A stretch of 64,000 nt of DNA from Squalus acanthias (lineage: Eukaryota), in contig CM059433.1 of NCBI GenBank assembly GCA_030390025.1, positions 30,320,001-30,384,000 on the forward strand, written 5' to 3'. The stretch's first letter is position 1. Every line of letters begins with the position of its first letter. The notes beneath the pieces are model-generated. The model was not told the origin of the DNA, ran no database searches, and saw only the letters and a list, made by a program, of their open reading frames with translations. A program made the position numbers and the translations under genes. This document shows, piece after piece, positions 36,476-48,666 of this stretch.

Positions 36476-39400
36476 CTAAAGGAAGAAAAGTAGTCGTTAG
36501 AAAGACAGAAAAGGCAACAGGATCTTAAAATGCAGGCACTTGTCAAGAATGTTAAGCTAATATGTAAAGAGAAAAAAAAATTATTTCTCCTCAACCCCGT
36601 TCCCTTTTGTCTGCTATTATCACCAGTAGTAATTTATCTGCCTATTGCCTTGAGAATTCTGGGATGTATTTCATTTGGTCCAAGTGCCTACAGACTTTCA
36701 ATTGATTGAGTTTCTTCCTAACACACACTTTACTCACCTCTTCATAACAATCATTCCCTATATTATGAAAAGTCTTGCGTATGGCATGCACTTTATGTCG
36801 GTTAGGGTTATGGTTATGGTTATGATACTTAAGAACATAACATAACATAAGAAATACTGGACTTGCACCCTAGAAATTGCAAATTCAAATCCCACCATGG
36901 CAAATTGCGACGTTGAATTGAGTAAAATCCAGTAAATTTGTGGACTAGCACCAGAAAAAATGACCAGGAACGCTGCCGGGTTGTTGCAAAAACCCAACTA
37001 GTTCATGAACGTCCTTCAGGAAAGGGAATCTACCACCCTTACCCAGTCTGACCTTAGTCCCCATGAAATGGTTGACTCTTAATGCCCACTGAAGTGGCCA
37101 AGCAAGCCAATCAGATTGTAAGAACATTCGCTGGAAGGCTCACCAACCACCTTCTATGGGCAGTCAGAGATGGGCAACAAGTGCCGGCTTTGCCAGCATC
37201 CCCCACATCCCGAGAATGAATAAGAATATTAACTTCCGTGTGTCAGCCGTGGTTCAGTGGGTAGCACTCTCTAGGTGGGAGGGGCTAGGAGTGAGCAGGT
37301 GCTGCTGGGTGCTTGATTACTGCAGGGAGTTGGAGTGAGTTTGTAAAAAGTTAGTGGTAGTTTTTTTTCAGGTTTTAGGGCCTTTTTGGTCCTTAAACAG
37401 CTGCTGAGGGGCCTGGAGTGAGGGGTGAAGTCATTGCCGTATAGCATGAAATTCGAGACAATGGAAGGAGTGCATTTCTTCCGGGTATTGCATGATAACC
37501 AGGTGAAGGTTTGTTATTATTGTCTTGGACATGACCATCTTGTAAGAAGCTGTCCAGACTTTTACTGTTACAACTGCGGTGAGTCTGGACACATCGCTCG
37601 GAGCTGCAAGGCGGAGAGCTGTGGGGTGTGTCACAAAGGCCCCACCCACTGTGAGTGTGAGGCAGAAGGAAGCCCCTTGAGTGATGAGGAGATGGGAGAA
37701 GGACAGGAGGTGTGAGTGGAGTGGCCAGAGGAGCGGAGCAGGCGGAGGGCATAGCTGGTGAAGGGAAGGAGAAAAGAACGCAGGAAGTGGCAGAAAATTG
37801 TGGAGCAGAGAACAGGATGGAGATGGTGGAAAACACACCAAGTACAGTGGAAAAGGACAAAGACAGCAGAGGGCAACACGGGTCGAGCGCAGAGTCGAGC
37901 CACAATACGGCTCGGCTCTCCCTAAAGAATCTGGTGTCTGCGGGGGGAGAGGAGGCAGGAGCGGGGTAAGTACTCCAAAGAAAGACAGGGAGTCGGACAT
38001 CTCGGGGAGCAGGAGGGGGCAAGACAATGAGAGGGTGCAAGAGGCAGGAGCCTTAAAGGGGCAGCAGGATGGGAGCGGGGAGACAAAGACGCCAGAAGGG
38101 AGAAAGATAGGTGGATGCGCCATTGTCCCAGAGAGAGAAGAAATGGGGAGCAATGGTCAGCAGTGGAGATGAGGCTGAAGGGAGTGGCACTGTTGGAGAA
38201 ACCGTGATGGCAGGAAGACTGTCTAAGGGAGATTATGTATCTGACGGGGAGCAGGAACGGAAGGTTACAGAAGAGCTCGAGAATGAGGAATCAGAGAGGG
38301 ACAGAGACATGGAAGTGGGGGGTGGGGTGGCATCGTGTGGAAAGGGAAAGATTAGTGAGGGGCCGAAGGAGGGAGAAGGGGCAGCTCCTCGGCCCAAACC
38401 TAATGTAAGGAAGAGGCTGAAACTGCAGGGAAGGTTCAAACAGGAGGTGAGAAAGAGCCGGAGGCTGCAGGAGAAAGCAACAGCTGCCCGAAAAGTTGGG
38501 AAGGAGCATGAGAGGAGAGAAGGGCCAGAGATTAAATGATGGGGGGATTATCAGGCACACTTCCCTTATTCGGAACCATGATTACATTGGTCTCGATTAA
38601 TGTGAATGGACTGAGGGGTGAGAAGAAATTGCAGCAGATGTTGCAGTGTTTTAAAGGCACTGACTTGTTGTGTCTGCAAGAAACCTTTTGGGATGAGGAT
38701 ATCCTAGAAAGAGATCAGAAGGTGTGGAAGGGAGAGGTGTTTGCAAGTTGTGCAAACAATAACCATAGAGGGGTGGCTGTTTTGGTGAGTCCGTCCATAA
38801 TAGAGAACATTGCCTTGGTGGACAAGGACACTGAGGGGAGATTTTTACGGCTAAAGGTAAAAATGGAGGAATTTAATTGCAATCTCTTTAATATCTATGC
38901 ACCGAATGACCATTGCAAGCATCGCGAGTTTTTTCGGTGGTTATTCACTGAAGTGGCAGAGGCGGAACACCCTTGTATAGTGGGGGTTTTAACGTATTTT
39001 TATCTCGGATGCACATTTCAGCCCAAATGATTTTTAAGGATGATAACTCCAGAGGGATGATTATAAAAGTGATGGCAAATTTAAATTTGAGAGACTTATG
39101 GAGGGATCAGAACTCCATAAAAGGGCAGTTCTCCAGAAGAGGTTGTGAGGGCTATGTTTTAAAACAGAGCCAAATAGATTTTGTGTTAATGCGGGAAGGG
39201 TTAGGTTCTGAGGTGATGGAGATTTATTACAAAAAAGTATTTTTTAATGACCACTCGGCTTTGGTTCTTTGGTTCTTAGAATTAGGGACAGCAGAGTCCA
39301 GAGGTGTGGATTTTAAACAAGCAATACCTGAAAGAAATTGCTTATAAAGAAGGGGTTTTAAATATAATAAAGAATGCTTGGAATGAACCTTTATTCTTGA

Positions 39401-41039
39401 AAGAAGAAGAGTTTGGCGGGACAATTACAAATATGAAGTAAAAGATTTTTCGGTACGTTATGGGAAAGAGAGAGCGGCAGCTAACCGGCGTCGAGAAGAG
39501 AATATAAACAAAAGGTTTATGGATATCTGTAAAACAGTTGACGGAGGGGATAAGGGAGCAGAGACCAAATGGATGGTTTTAAAGGAAGAGTGGGAATTAT
39601 TGCAAGCTGAAAAATGTAAGGGGGTCATTCTTTGGGCAAAGGCTAAAGATGCATTGGAGGGCGAAAGATGCACTAGATATTTTCTAGAGCAAGAGAAGCT
39701 GCGACAGAGATTATCATTAATTGGAGAGTTGAAGGTTGGGGAGAAGATCATTAATGAAAGTGGGGAGATTTTGGAGGTGGCTAGTAGCTTTTATCAAGAG
39801 TTATATACAAAAGAAGATATTTCCAAATTGGTGATGGAGAAGGTTAGTGTTTTTATTGAAGAGGGTTTAAAGGAGGATGAGAGAAGCATGTGTGACAAAG
39901 AAGTAGGATTAGCGGAAATAAAAGTAGCAATCAGTGGAATGAAGGGGGGGGGGGGGGGGGAGCCCAGGGTCCGATGGACTAAGTGCAGAATTTTATAAAG
40001 AATTTTTAGAGATTTTAAGTCCATTGCTCTTAGAGGTTTTTAAGGAGATTAAAATTAAGGGAAGCCTGGCCCCATCTAAGAGGAGAGGTGTCATAAGCTT
40101 AGCTTATAAAAATAAAGGGGATAGAAGGGATCTAAAGAATTGGAGGCCCATCACATTATTAAATATGGATTATAAGATCTTGGCGAGGGTTATGGCAAAT
40201 CGTTTGAAGGAGGTGATGCCGCAGATAGTTTCGCCCTCTGAGTCCTATGGAGTCATAGGCCGGGACATCGCAGACTCTGTGGTCTCAATCCGAGATGCGA
40301 TAGAGCTCATGGAAGAAAGGGGGAGGGAGGCTTATGTGTTAAAAATAGATCAAGAGAAAGCCTTTGATAGGTTCTCTCATGAGTTTTTATTGATGGTTTT
40401 GGAAGCATTTGGTTTCGGGAAAAATTTCATTGAATGGATAAGGATTTTTTATTCAAACATATTTAGCTGTGTTAAATGAAATGTTTTTTTATCCAATTTT
40501 CCGAGACAGAGGTCAGTGAGACAGGGTTGTCCCCTCTCCCCACTGTTGTACACATTGGTAGCAGAACCATTAGGTTACATGATGCGAAAGGAACAAGGCG
40601 TAGTCAGGATTGCGGTTCCCAGTTCCGAGCTGGTGTCGGTGATACACCAATATGCAGATGACGCAACCTTAACGTTGAGAGAGGGGGAGTCAGTGAGGAA
40701 AGCTGTGGGAGTAGTGGAGGAGTATTGTAGAGCCTCAGGAGTCAGAGTGAATTATAGTAAGTCCCAATGCCTGGTTGCGGGAAGGGGTAGGGAGGAATGG
40801 TTGAAGGAAAGCCAGGGTCTGATGGACTAAGTGCAGAAGGTGGTGGAGGTTTTGGAAGTTCTGGGGGTGCATATGGGGTGCAAGAAGGACAGGGTTGAAG
40901 TGGATCGATTAAATTGGGAACCGAAGGTTATGAAAATTAAAAAGATTTTGGGAAGATGGGAAAGAAGTTGGTTGAAAGTGCAAGGAAGAGTGACAGTGGT
41001 GTCCGCTCTCCTGCTATCTAAGCTATGGTACTTACTGAA

Positions 41040-41242
41040 TGCGGAGATGCCAGTGTTGGACTGGGGTGGACAAAAGTGAGAAGTCGCACAACACCAGGTT
41101 ATAGTCCAACAGCTTTATTTGAAATCACAAGCTTTCGGAGCGCTGCTCCTTCGTCAGGTGAAGTCTGACGAAGGAGCAGCGCTCCGAATGCTTGTGATTT
41201 CAAATAAAGCTGTTGGACTATAACCTGGTGTTGTGCGACTTC
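41040..41242. mobile_element. Penelope-like family B minimal palindromic insertion (78-bp arms, 7-nt loop)
   Basis: Arms 41080-41157 and 41165-41242 differ at one base. TSD GTACTTA(C/T)TGAA at 41028-41039 and 41243-41254. Removing it restores the Tx1 frame (SKLWYLL-KVEDIPEW). Confidence 0.92.
41125..41161 (-). ncRNA. Minimal type I hammerhead ribozyme motif (PLE type)
   Basis: Minus strand: tcac-CTGACGA-a-ggagc-agc-gctcc-GAAA-GCT-T-gtga; helix I tcac/gtga, helix II ggagc/gctcc, palindromic helix III AGCT. Confidence 0.75.
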
Positions 41243-43070
41243 GTACTTATTGAAGGTGGAGGATATTCCTGAGTGGGCGGAAAAGTCCCTCCGAGAGGCT
41301 TGTGTGAGGTTGTTATGGGAAGGGAAAGCAGCCTTGGTTGCTTACAATACCATCATTGGATGGAGAAATCAGGGAGGACTCAATTTCCTAGATATTGATT
41401 TGAAGAAAAAATCCTTTAGAATCAAATGGGTGAAAAGATTTCTTCAGAAGTCAAATACAAGTTTTTGGAAGAGTTGTTTTGAGCATTTTTTAAAACGAAG
41501 TGGGATAGGAGGGATGGGGATATTGTATATGGAATACAATGATATGTTTTTGAAATCGATTAAACCTCTCTCTAGGTTTTATAAGGGGGTTGTAGAGACT
41601 TGGGCCCAATTTTTAAAAAGTATGCAGTTTATGCCCAAGGGTGCCAAGGAATTTTTAGAACAGCCCTTATTTTTGAACAGGTGGGTCAACATTGAAGGAG
41701 AGGTATTATTTAATCAAGCTTTTATAAAAGCTGGTATTATATGTATGAAAGATGTATTATATGAGGTAATTCCAGGTTGGTTGACGGAAGCGATATTGAG
41801 GGACATGGTTTGGGAGGAGGATCAGGAGGTAGGGGAAAAAGCAATTATGATCATGTATGAGAAGATTGTGAGGGCAATGCCACAGGATTGGATGGAAGAA
41901 GTAAATGCGCAAATCTCCAGAGGAAGTAAAATGCGTCCCGCTTTTCCAAGCTTTCTGCTGGAGAAAGGGGAGGAGTTGGTCCAATTTGACAACTGTAACA
42001 CTCGAGATTTCTATGGGGTATGTAGAGAATGGAGATTCAAGACACCTGCTGGTCAGGAGTTTTGGCAGAGTATATACCCACAGCTGGACTTCAACAGGAT
42101 TTGGAAGGGAGTGTGGGCGAATTTTAAATGTCCAGAGTGGATTGAACTGGATTTCAAATTGGCTCATAACTGGATTTTTACCATGATGATCTTATGTAAG
42201 ATTGGGCGAGTGGAGGTGTCAACTTGCCCAGTGTGTGGGACACGGGATGAGACTCTGTCCCATTTACTGGTGTTATGTCCGTAGTTAAAGGATTTTAAGT
42301 ACTATGTTCGACAGTTGTGTGAGTTTTTTTTGCTGGGTGGGGACCGAAGAGCGAGAATGGGAATCCCGTGGGACTCAATTTTGAGATGGGGATTGCAGGA
42401 GAGTCTGGCTGAGTCTAGTGGAGCGGCAATTAATTTAATTGGCAGCTGAAACAGCGATTTACTTGTACTTCTTGCAACTTAGTATACTGTATTCGCTGCT
42501 CACGATGCGGTCTCCTCTACATTGGCGAGACCAAATGCAGATTGGGTGACCGCTTTGCGGAACACCTCCGTTCAGTCTGTAAGGGTGACCCCGAGCTTCC
42601 GGTTGCCTGTCACTTTAATTCTCCGCTCCACTCCCACTCAGACCTCACTGTCCTCGGCCTCTTACACTGTTCCAATGAAGCTCAACGTAAGCTCGAGGAA
42701 CAGCACCTCATCTTTCGATTAGGCACTTTACAGCCTTCTGGACTCAACATAGAGTGCAACAATTTCAGACCATAACCTCTGCCCCTGTCCTTTTTTAAAA
42801 TTTATTTTATTTATTATATATTTTTTTCTCTCTCCCACATGGCAGCTGTCTCTCCTTCTGCCAGTGCCATTTACACTTCATCTAGAGCCATCTTTTGTTT
42901 CTTAACTTGTCCCATTACCATCTCCTTTTGCCTTGCACCATCTCTTAATGTCTCTTAATCTCTCCTGCCTTCCATCCTATCACAGACCTTCCCTTTTGTT
43001 CTTTCCTCTCCTCCCCCCTCTCCCTGCCCCTGCACTTGCTTAAAAACCTGTTCCATCTCCAGCTTTTTCC

Positions 43071-43107
43071 AGTTCTGATGAAGGGTCATCGACCTGAAAC
43101 GTTAACT
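43071..43107 (+). ncRNA. Minimal hammerhead ribozyme motif, 5' pLTR
   Basis: agtt-CTGATGA-a-gggtc-atc-gacct-GAAAC-GTT-aact. Confidence 0.75.
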
Positions 43108-46100
43108 CTGTTTCTCTCTCCACAGATGCTGCCTGACCTGCTGAGTATTTCCAGCATTTTCTGTTTTTATTTCAGATTTCCAGCATCCGCAGTATTTTGC
43201 TTTTGTATGAGTGTTTAATTCACTGCCACTTCTCTTCTAAGAATGCCCACCTTGAAGAAGTTCTGCTCTTCTCTCCGACAGGATTTCCATTTATCTCTTT
43301 TACCTTGCTCATCTTCATTGCTTTCTGTCTCCCTTCTCGTGTTTGATCAGGTATCTACCAAAACTCGCTTTCACAGCCACATATCTTTCCTCAGCAACTG
43401 TCTCCGGCTCCGACTTACTCCACATGGATTCCAACTGAAATTCCACCCTTTGTGTTTTGGATCCACCCAGGACTACAGATACCTCCAAGATATTCAGTGT
43501 TCCTCGAACCACTGCTCTCGCTGTATCCTGAGATCCACGCTGAATGCCATGCGCCGCCACATGAACACTCTTGACCTCTCTCTTCAGCAGTACCGACTCA
43601 CTCTATCTCAAAGCTGTCCTGGTCTGCGGTTCCATTTCATCCTTTGCCTCATCCGGCGCTTTAACAAAAAACTTTTTTTCTTCCTTTCAGGTGTCAAGGA
43701 TCACAAGCTTCAACAACTCTTGGACACCAACACCCCTCCGGAACCTTCTTCCCCATCACTTTCCTCTGAGCCCATCCCTTCTTCCAATCTCACCCCCTGC
43801 CGTGTTTTCACTATCCCCTCTGACCTTCCCCTCTCTGACCCCGAATGATCAGTCCTTAGCAAAGGCCTGAGCTTCATCCCCTTACACCCCCATTTCAATG
43901 AATTTCGAGCTCGGCACGATGCTGAGCTCTTTTACCGCTGCCTTCATCTCTGTGCCCACTTTTTTGGCCAGGAGTCTTCCCCCCGCACAACTGACCTTTT
44001 CTCCCGTTTTCAGAATTCTCGTTCCATCTGGACCCCTCCCTCTGGCCTCTTAACCTCTCTAGATCTTTTCATTGCAAACTGCCGGCATGACATCGGCCGT
44101 CTCAATTTCTCTGCTTCCCTCACTCACTCCAACCTACTTCCCTCTGAACTTGCAGCACTCCATTCTCTCAGATCCAACCCCAACATTGTCATTAAACCTG
44201 CTGACAAGGGTGGTGCTGTTGTTGTTTGGCGAACCGACCTCTACCTTGCAGAGGCTGAATGCCAACTCTCCGACATCTCCTCCTACCTCCACCTGGACCA
44301 TGACCCCACGACCGAACATCAAGCCACCGTTTCCAAGACCGTCACTGACCTCATCTCCTCTGGAGATCTTCCCCCCATGGCCGCCAACCTCATAATTCCC
44401 AACCCCGCACAGCCCGCTTCTACCTCCTTCCCAAGATCTACAAACAGGACTGCCCCGGTAGACCCATCATTTCAGCCTGTTCTTGCCCCACGGAACTTAT
44501 CTCTTCCTATCGCGACTCTATTTTTTCTCCCCTTGTCCAGTCCCTTCCCACCTACATCCGTGACTCTTCCGACACCCTCCGTCACTTTAACAGTTTCTGG
44601 TTTCCTGGCCCCAACCGCCTCCTTTTCACTATGGACGTTCAATCCCTCTACACCTCCATCCCCCACCAGGATGGCCTGAGGGCGCTCCGCTTCTTCCTTG
44701 AACAGAGGCCCAACCAGTCCCCATCCACCACCACCCTCCTCTGCCTGGCTGAACTTGTTCTCACATTGAACAACTTCTCCTTTGACTCCACTCACTTCCT
44801 CCAAATTAAAGGAGTTGCTATGGGAACCCACATGGGTCCCAGCTATGCCTGCCTTTTCGTGGGATATGTGGAACGTTCCAGTCCTACTCAGGTCCGCTCC
44901 CTCACCTCTTTTTCCAGTACATTGATGACTGTATCGGTGCTGTTTCCTGCTCTCGCCCTGAACTAGAAAATTTCATTCACTTTGCTTTCAATTTCCACCC
45001 TTCCCTCACCTTCACATGGTCCATCTCCGACTCTTCCCTTCCCTTCCTCGACTTCTCTGTCTCCATCTCTGGGATAGGCTATTGACAAATATTCACTACA
45101 CGCCCACTGACTGCCACAGCTACCTGGACTACACTTCCTCCCACCCCGCTTCCTGTAAGGACTCTATTCCATTCTCCCAGTTTCTCCGTATCTGCCGCAT
45201 CTGCTCTGACGATGCCACCTTCCATACCAGTGCTTCCGACATGTCTTCCTTATTCCTCAACCGAAGATTCCCCTCTACTGTAGTTGACATGGCCCTTGAC
45301 CGTGTCCATTCTATTTCCCGCACTTCTGCTCTCACCCCTTCCCTTCCCTCCCGGAACCACGATAGGGTTCCCCTTGTCCTCACCTTTCACCCCACCAGCC
45401 TCGACATTCAACGGATCATCCTCCGCCATTTCCGCCACCTCCAGCGTGATCCCACCACCAAACACATCTTTCCCTCATCTCCCCTTTCAGCATTCTGAAG
45501 GGACCGCTCCCTCCGCGACACCCTGGTCCACTCCTCTATCATCCCCAACACCCCTTCCCCTTCGCCCGGCACCTTCCCATGCAAGCGCAGGAGATGCAAC
45601 ACATGCCCTTTTACCTCCACCCTTCCCACTGTCCAGGGCCCCAAACACTCCTTCCAGGTGAAACAGCGATTTACTTGTACTTCTTGCAATTTAGTATACT
45701 GTATTCGCTGCTCACGATGCGGTCTCCTCTACATTGGGGAGACCAAACGCAGATTGGGTGACCGCTTTGCGGAACACCTCCATTCAGTCCGTAAGGGTGA
45801 CCCCGAGCTTCCGGTCGCTTGTCACTTTAATTTTCCGCTCCACTCCCACTCAGACCTCACCGTCCTTGGCCTCTTACACTGTTCCAATGAAGCTCAACGC
45901 AAGCTCGAGGAACAGCACCTCATCTTTCGATTCGGCACTTTACAGCCTTCTGGACTCAACATGGAGTTCAACAATTTCAGACCATAACCTCTGCCCCTGT
46001 TCTTTTTTTTCTCCATTTATTTTATTTATTATATATTTTTTTCTCTCTCCCACATGGCAGCTGTCTCTCCTTCTGCCAGTGCCATTTACACTTCATCTCG

Positions 46101-46284
46101 AGCCATCTTTTGTTTCTTAACTTGTCCCATTACCATCTCCTTTTGCCTTGCACGATCTCTTAATGTCTCTTAATCTCTCCTGCCTTCCACCCTATCACAG
46201 ACCTTCCCTTTTGTTCTTTCCTCCCCTCCCCCTTTCCCTGCCCCTACACTTGCTTAAAAACCTGTTCCATCTCCAGCTTTTTCC

Positions 46285-46321
46285 AGTTCTGACGAAGGGT
46301 CATCGACCTGAAACGTTAACC
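46285..46321 (+). ncRNA. Minimal hammerhead ribozyme motif, 3' pLTR
   Basis: agtt-CTGACGA-a-gggtc-atc-gacct-GAAAC-GTT-aacc. Confidence 0.75.
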
Positions 46322-47142
46322 CTGTTTCTCTCTCCACAGATGCTGCCTGACCTGCTGAGTATTTCCAGCATTTTCTGTTTTTAATTTCAGATTTCCAGCA
46401 TCCGCAGTATTTTGCTTTTGTTTTTGGCAATTAATTTAATGTTTAGTTTGGCTAGATTCGTGATTGTGCAAAGAAGGAATGCTCTGTTTTTTAAGGGGAG
46501 GAGAGTAAATCTAAAAGTGTATTTTAAATATAAGCTAAAAGATCATTATTAGACTTTGTGGATGTTTTATTCAGAAAGGAATTTAAAGATAGTATTTTAT
46601 GATCAATTTTTAAAGTACAATAGATTAATATATGTTATGGGAGACAAATTAAACTTCAGGTTTTGATGATAATATGTGGTGGAGGAATGGCTGTGCAGCG
46701 TGGCGGAATGGATTTGTATGATACAATGGAATGTTGTAAATGTTTTTAATGTTCAATAAATAATATATTAAAAAAAAGTTGGTAGCACCCTTGCCTCTGA
46801 GTTGGAAGGCTGTGGGTTCAAGTCCCACTCCAGGGACTTGAGCACAAAAATCTAGGCTGACACTCCAGTGCAGTACTGAGGGAATGCCGTACTGCCGGAG
46901 GTGGATTTGCAGGAGGCCAGAGTCAGAAAACTAGAAGCAGTGGGAGGGGATGCAAGGCTAGAAAAGACTGCAGAGGTAGGGTTGGGGTGAGGCCACGGAA
47001 GGATTTGTAGGTAAAGACAAGGATTTTAAATTGGATTAGTTGGAGGACAGGGAGCCAGTGTAGGCCAGTGAGCTGGGTGTGATGGGCGAGAGGGACTTTG
47101 TGCAGTACAGGAGGTGGGTGTCAAATTTTTGGACGACAATAG

Positions 47143-47512
47143 CTTGTCGGCCATGGCTCAGTGGGTTGCATTTTTGCCTGAGTCAGAAGGTTGTGGGTTC
47201 AAGTCCCACTCCAGACTTGAACACAAAAATCTAGGCTGACACTCCAGCGCAGTACTGAGGGAGTGCTGCACTGTCGGAGGTGCCGTCTTTCAGAATAAGA
47301 TGTTAAACCGAGGGCCCGTCTGTTCTCTCAGGTGAACGTAAAAGATCCCATTGCACTATTCTGAAGAAGAGCAGGTGAGTTATCCCTGGTGTCCTGGCCA
47401 ACATCACTAAAACAGATGATCTAGTCATTATCACATTGCTGTTTGTGGGAGCTTGCTGTGCAAATTGGCTGCTGTGTTGCCTACATTACAACACTTCAAA
47501 AGTACTTAATTG
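47143..47512 (+). mobile_element. Deu-domain SINE
   Basis: Same head and core as the other copies. Confidence 0.78.
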
Positions 47513-47972
47513 GGTTCTGGTTCTTTTGCCAATTATCTTAAATCTGTGACCTTTGCTTACCAACCCTCCTACCAGTGGAATCAGTTTCTCCTCATTTACT
47601 TTATCATTTTAAATGCAAAAGACATTGCCTGAAAACACCGACTCTATAATTAACTCAACCTCCCCCTCTCAGGTTGTGGAAAACAGGCAACCTTTAGACT
47701 TAATTTCAAGCAGGAAATCCAAATTGATTTAATGTTTTACAAGCCCAGCAATGCTCAGAACTATGCTGATTAATTAATTGGTTGATTGCAAGATGTAATT
47801 GACAGAGAATTTAAAATGATCATTAAACTGTTTTATATTGCGCCAGGCATAGGAGAGATACTGATTAGCAAAAAGAACTGCTGCAAAAGTAAATTCAATA
47901 CTGCCGTTTATTTATTATCTCACCAATTAACAAACCTTAACTGGAAAAACCCCATAATTGAACAAACTTCTT

Positions 47973-48200
47973 TACTCAGAGAGTGGTGAGAATGTGGAAC
48001 TCGCTACCACATGGAGTGGTTGTGGCGAATATCATAGAGGTATTTAAGGGGAAGCTAGATAAACACATGAGGGAGAAAGGAATAGAAGGATGTGTTGATA
48101 GGGTCAGATGAATAGAGTGGGAGGAGGCTCGTGTGGAGCATAAACACCGGCACAGACCAGTTGGGCCAAATGGCCTGTTTCTGTGCTGTAAATTCAATCT
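47973..48200 (+). mobile_element. CR1 3'-end fragment
   Basis: Homologous to 7590-7815. Confidence 0.7.
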
Positions 48201-48666
48201 AATTGTACATAACACACATTTAAATGCATGCCAACCTAGAAAACTGGCTAATAGCTTCAATAAAAAGCTGACCCACACCCCACCCCCGAAATCTGTGCAT
48301 ATGCCAATGACATGTGAAAAGAAATAACAACACTGTAAGTGCAGTGGGATATGAATGTGCAATTCACATTGGAGGGGGAAAAAAGACACCGGCAGATGAA
48401 AGACTGGGGAAGGACACGAGTGCTTAACACACAAGATTTATTTTCTAGGGGAGTCTGGAGGCATGGTCCCACTTTGAACAATTTTTCATTTTTGCCACTT
48501 TGGCCCTGAAATTCTGTTGGAGTTCTTACAACCTCCCATCATAACTCCAGCAGGAGACCGATGGAATGCCCTCAAAAAACAGAGAACCCCTATGGGATTA
48601 CAGGGTCTTTATTTGATACATTTTCCAGTAGTTTGGTGTCTGCCCAGAATATGGGCATTGCTCGTT

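Larger units (their letters stand above)
42440..46425 (+). mobile_element. Full-length Penelope-like family A element (Neptune-type, RT + GIY-YIG) with direct pseudo-LTR arrangement
   Basis: 5' repeat ~42447-43206 duplicates ~45659-46421. Decayed ORF 43243-45987 with IKPADKGGAVV, MDVQSLYTSIPH, GVAMGTHMGPSYA and GIY-YIG. Perfect 15-bp TSD GGCAATTAATTTAAT at 42425-42439 and 46426-46440. Confidence 0.93.
38578..46666 (+). pseudogene. Tx1 ORF2 (APE endonuclease and RT), broken by frameshifts and insertions at 41040-41242 and 42440-46425
   Basis: SINVNGLR, LCLQET, NIYAP, NDH; WRPITLLNMDYKILA, IDQEKAFD, RQGCPLSPLLY, QYADD; CPVCGTRDETLSHLLVLC. Confidence 0.88.
37271..46776 (+). mobile_element. Tx1-group (L1 superfamily) LINE, near full length, decayed, with two nested Penelope-like insertions
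   Basis: ORF1 remnant with CCHC knuckles (CYYCLGHDHLVRSC, CYNCGESGHIARSC); ORF2 APE endonuclease, RT and C-terminal zinc motif; 3' AATAAA plus poly(A) at ~46755-46777; ~15-bp TSD AGTGGGTAGCACTCT / AGTTGGTAGCACCCT (37256-37270, 46777-46791). Confidence 0.92.

Noticed and set aside
39943..39960. Poly-G run in Tx1 ORF2 (and 31426-31480) as programmed frameshift or functional G-quadruplex
   Set aside because: More simply homopolymer expansion or sequencing error in a dead element; no supporting context.
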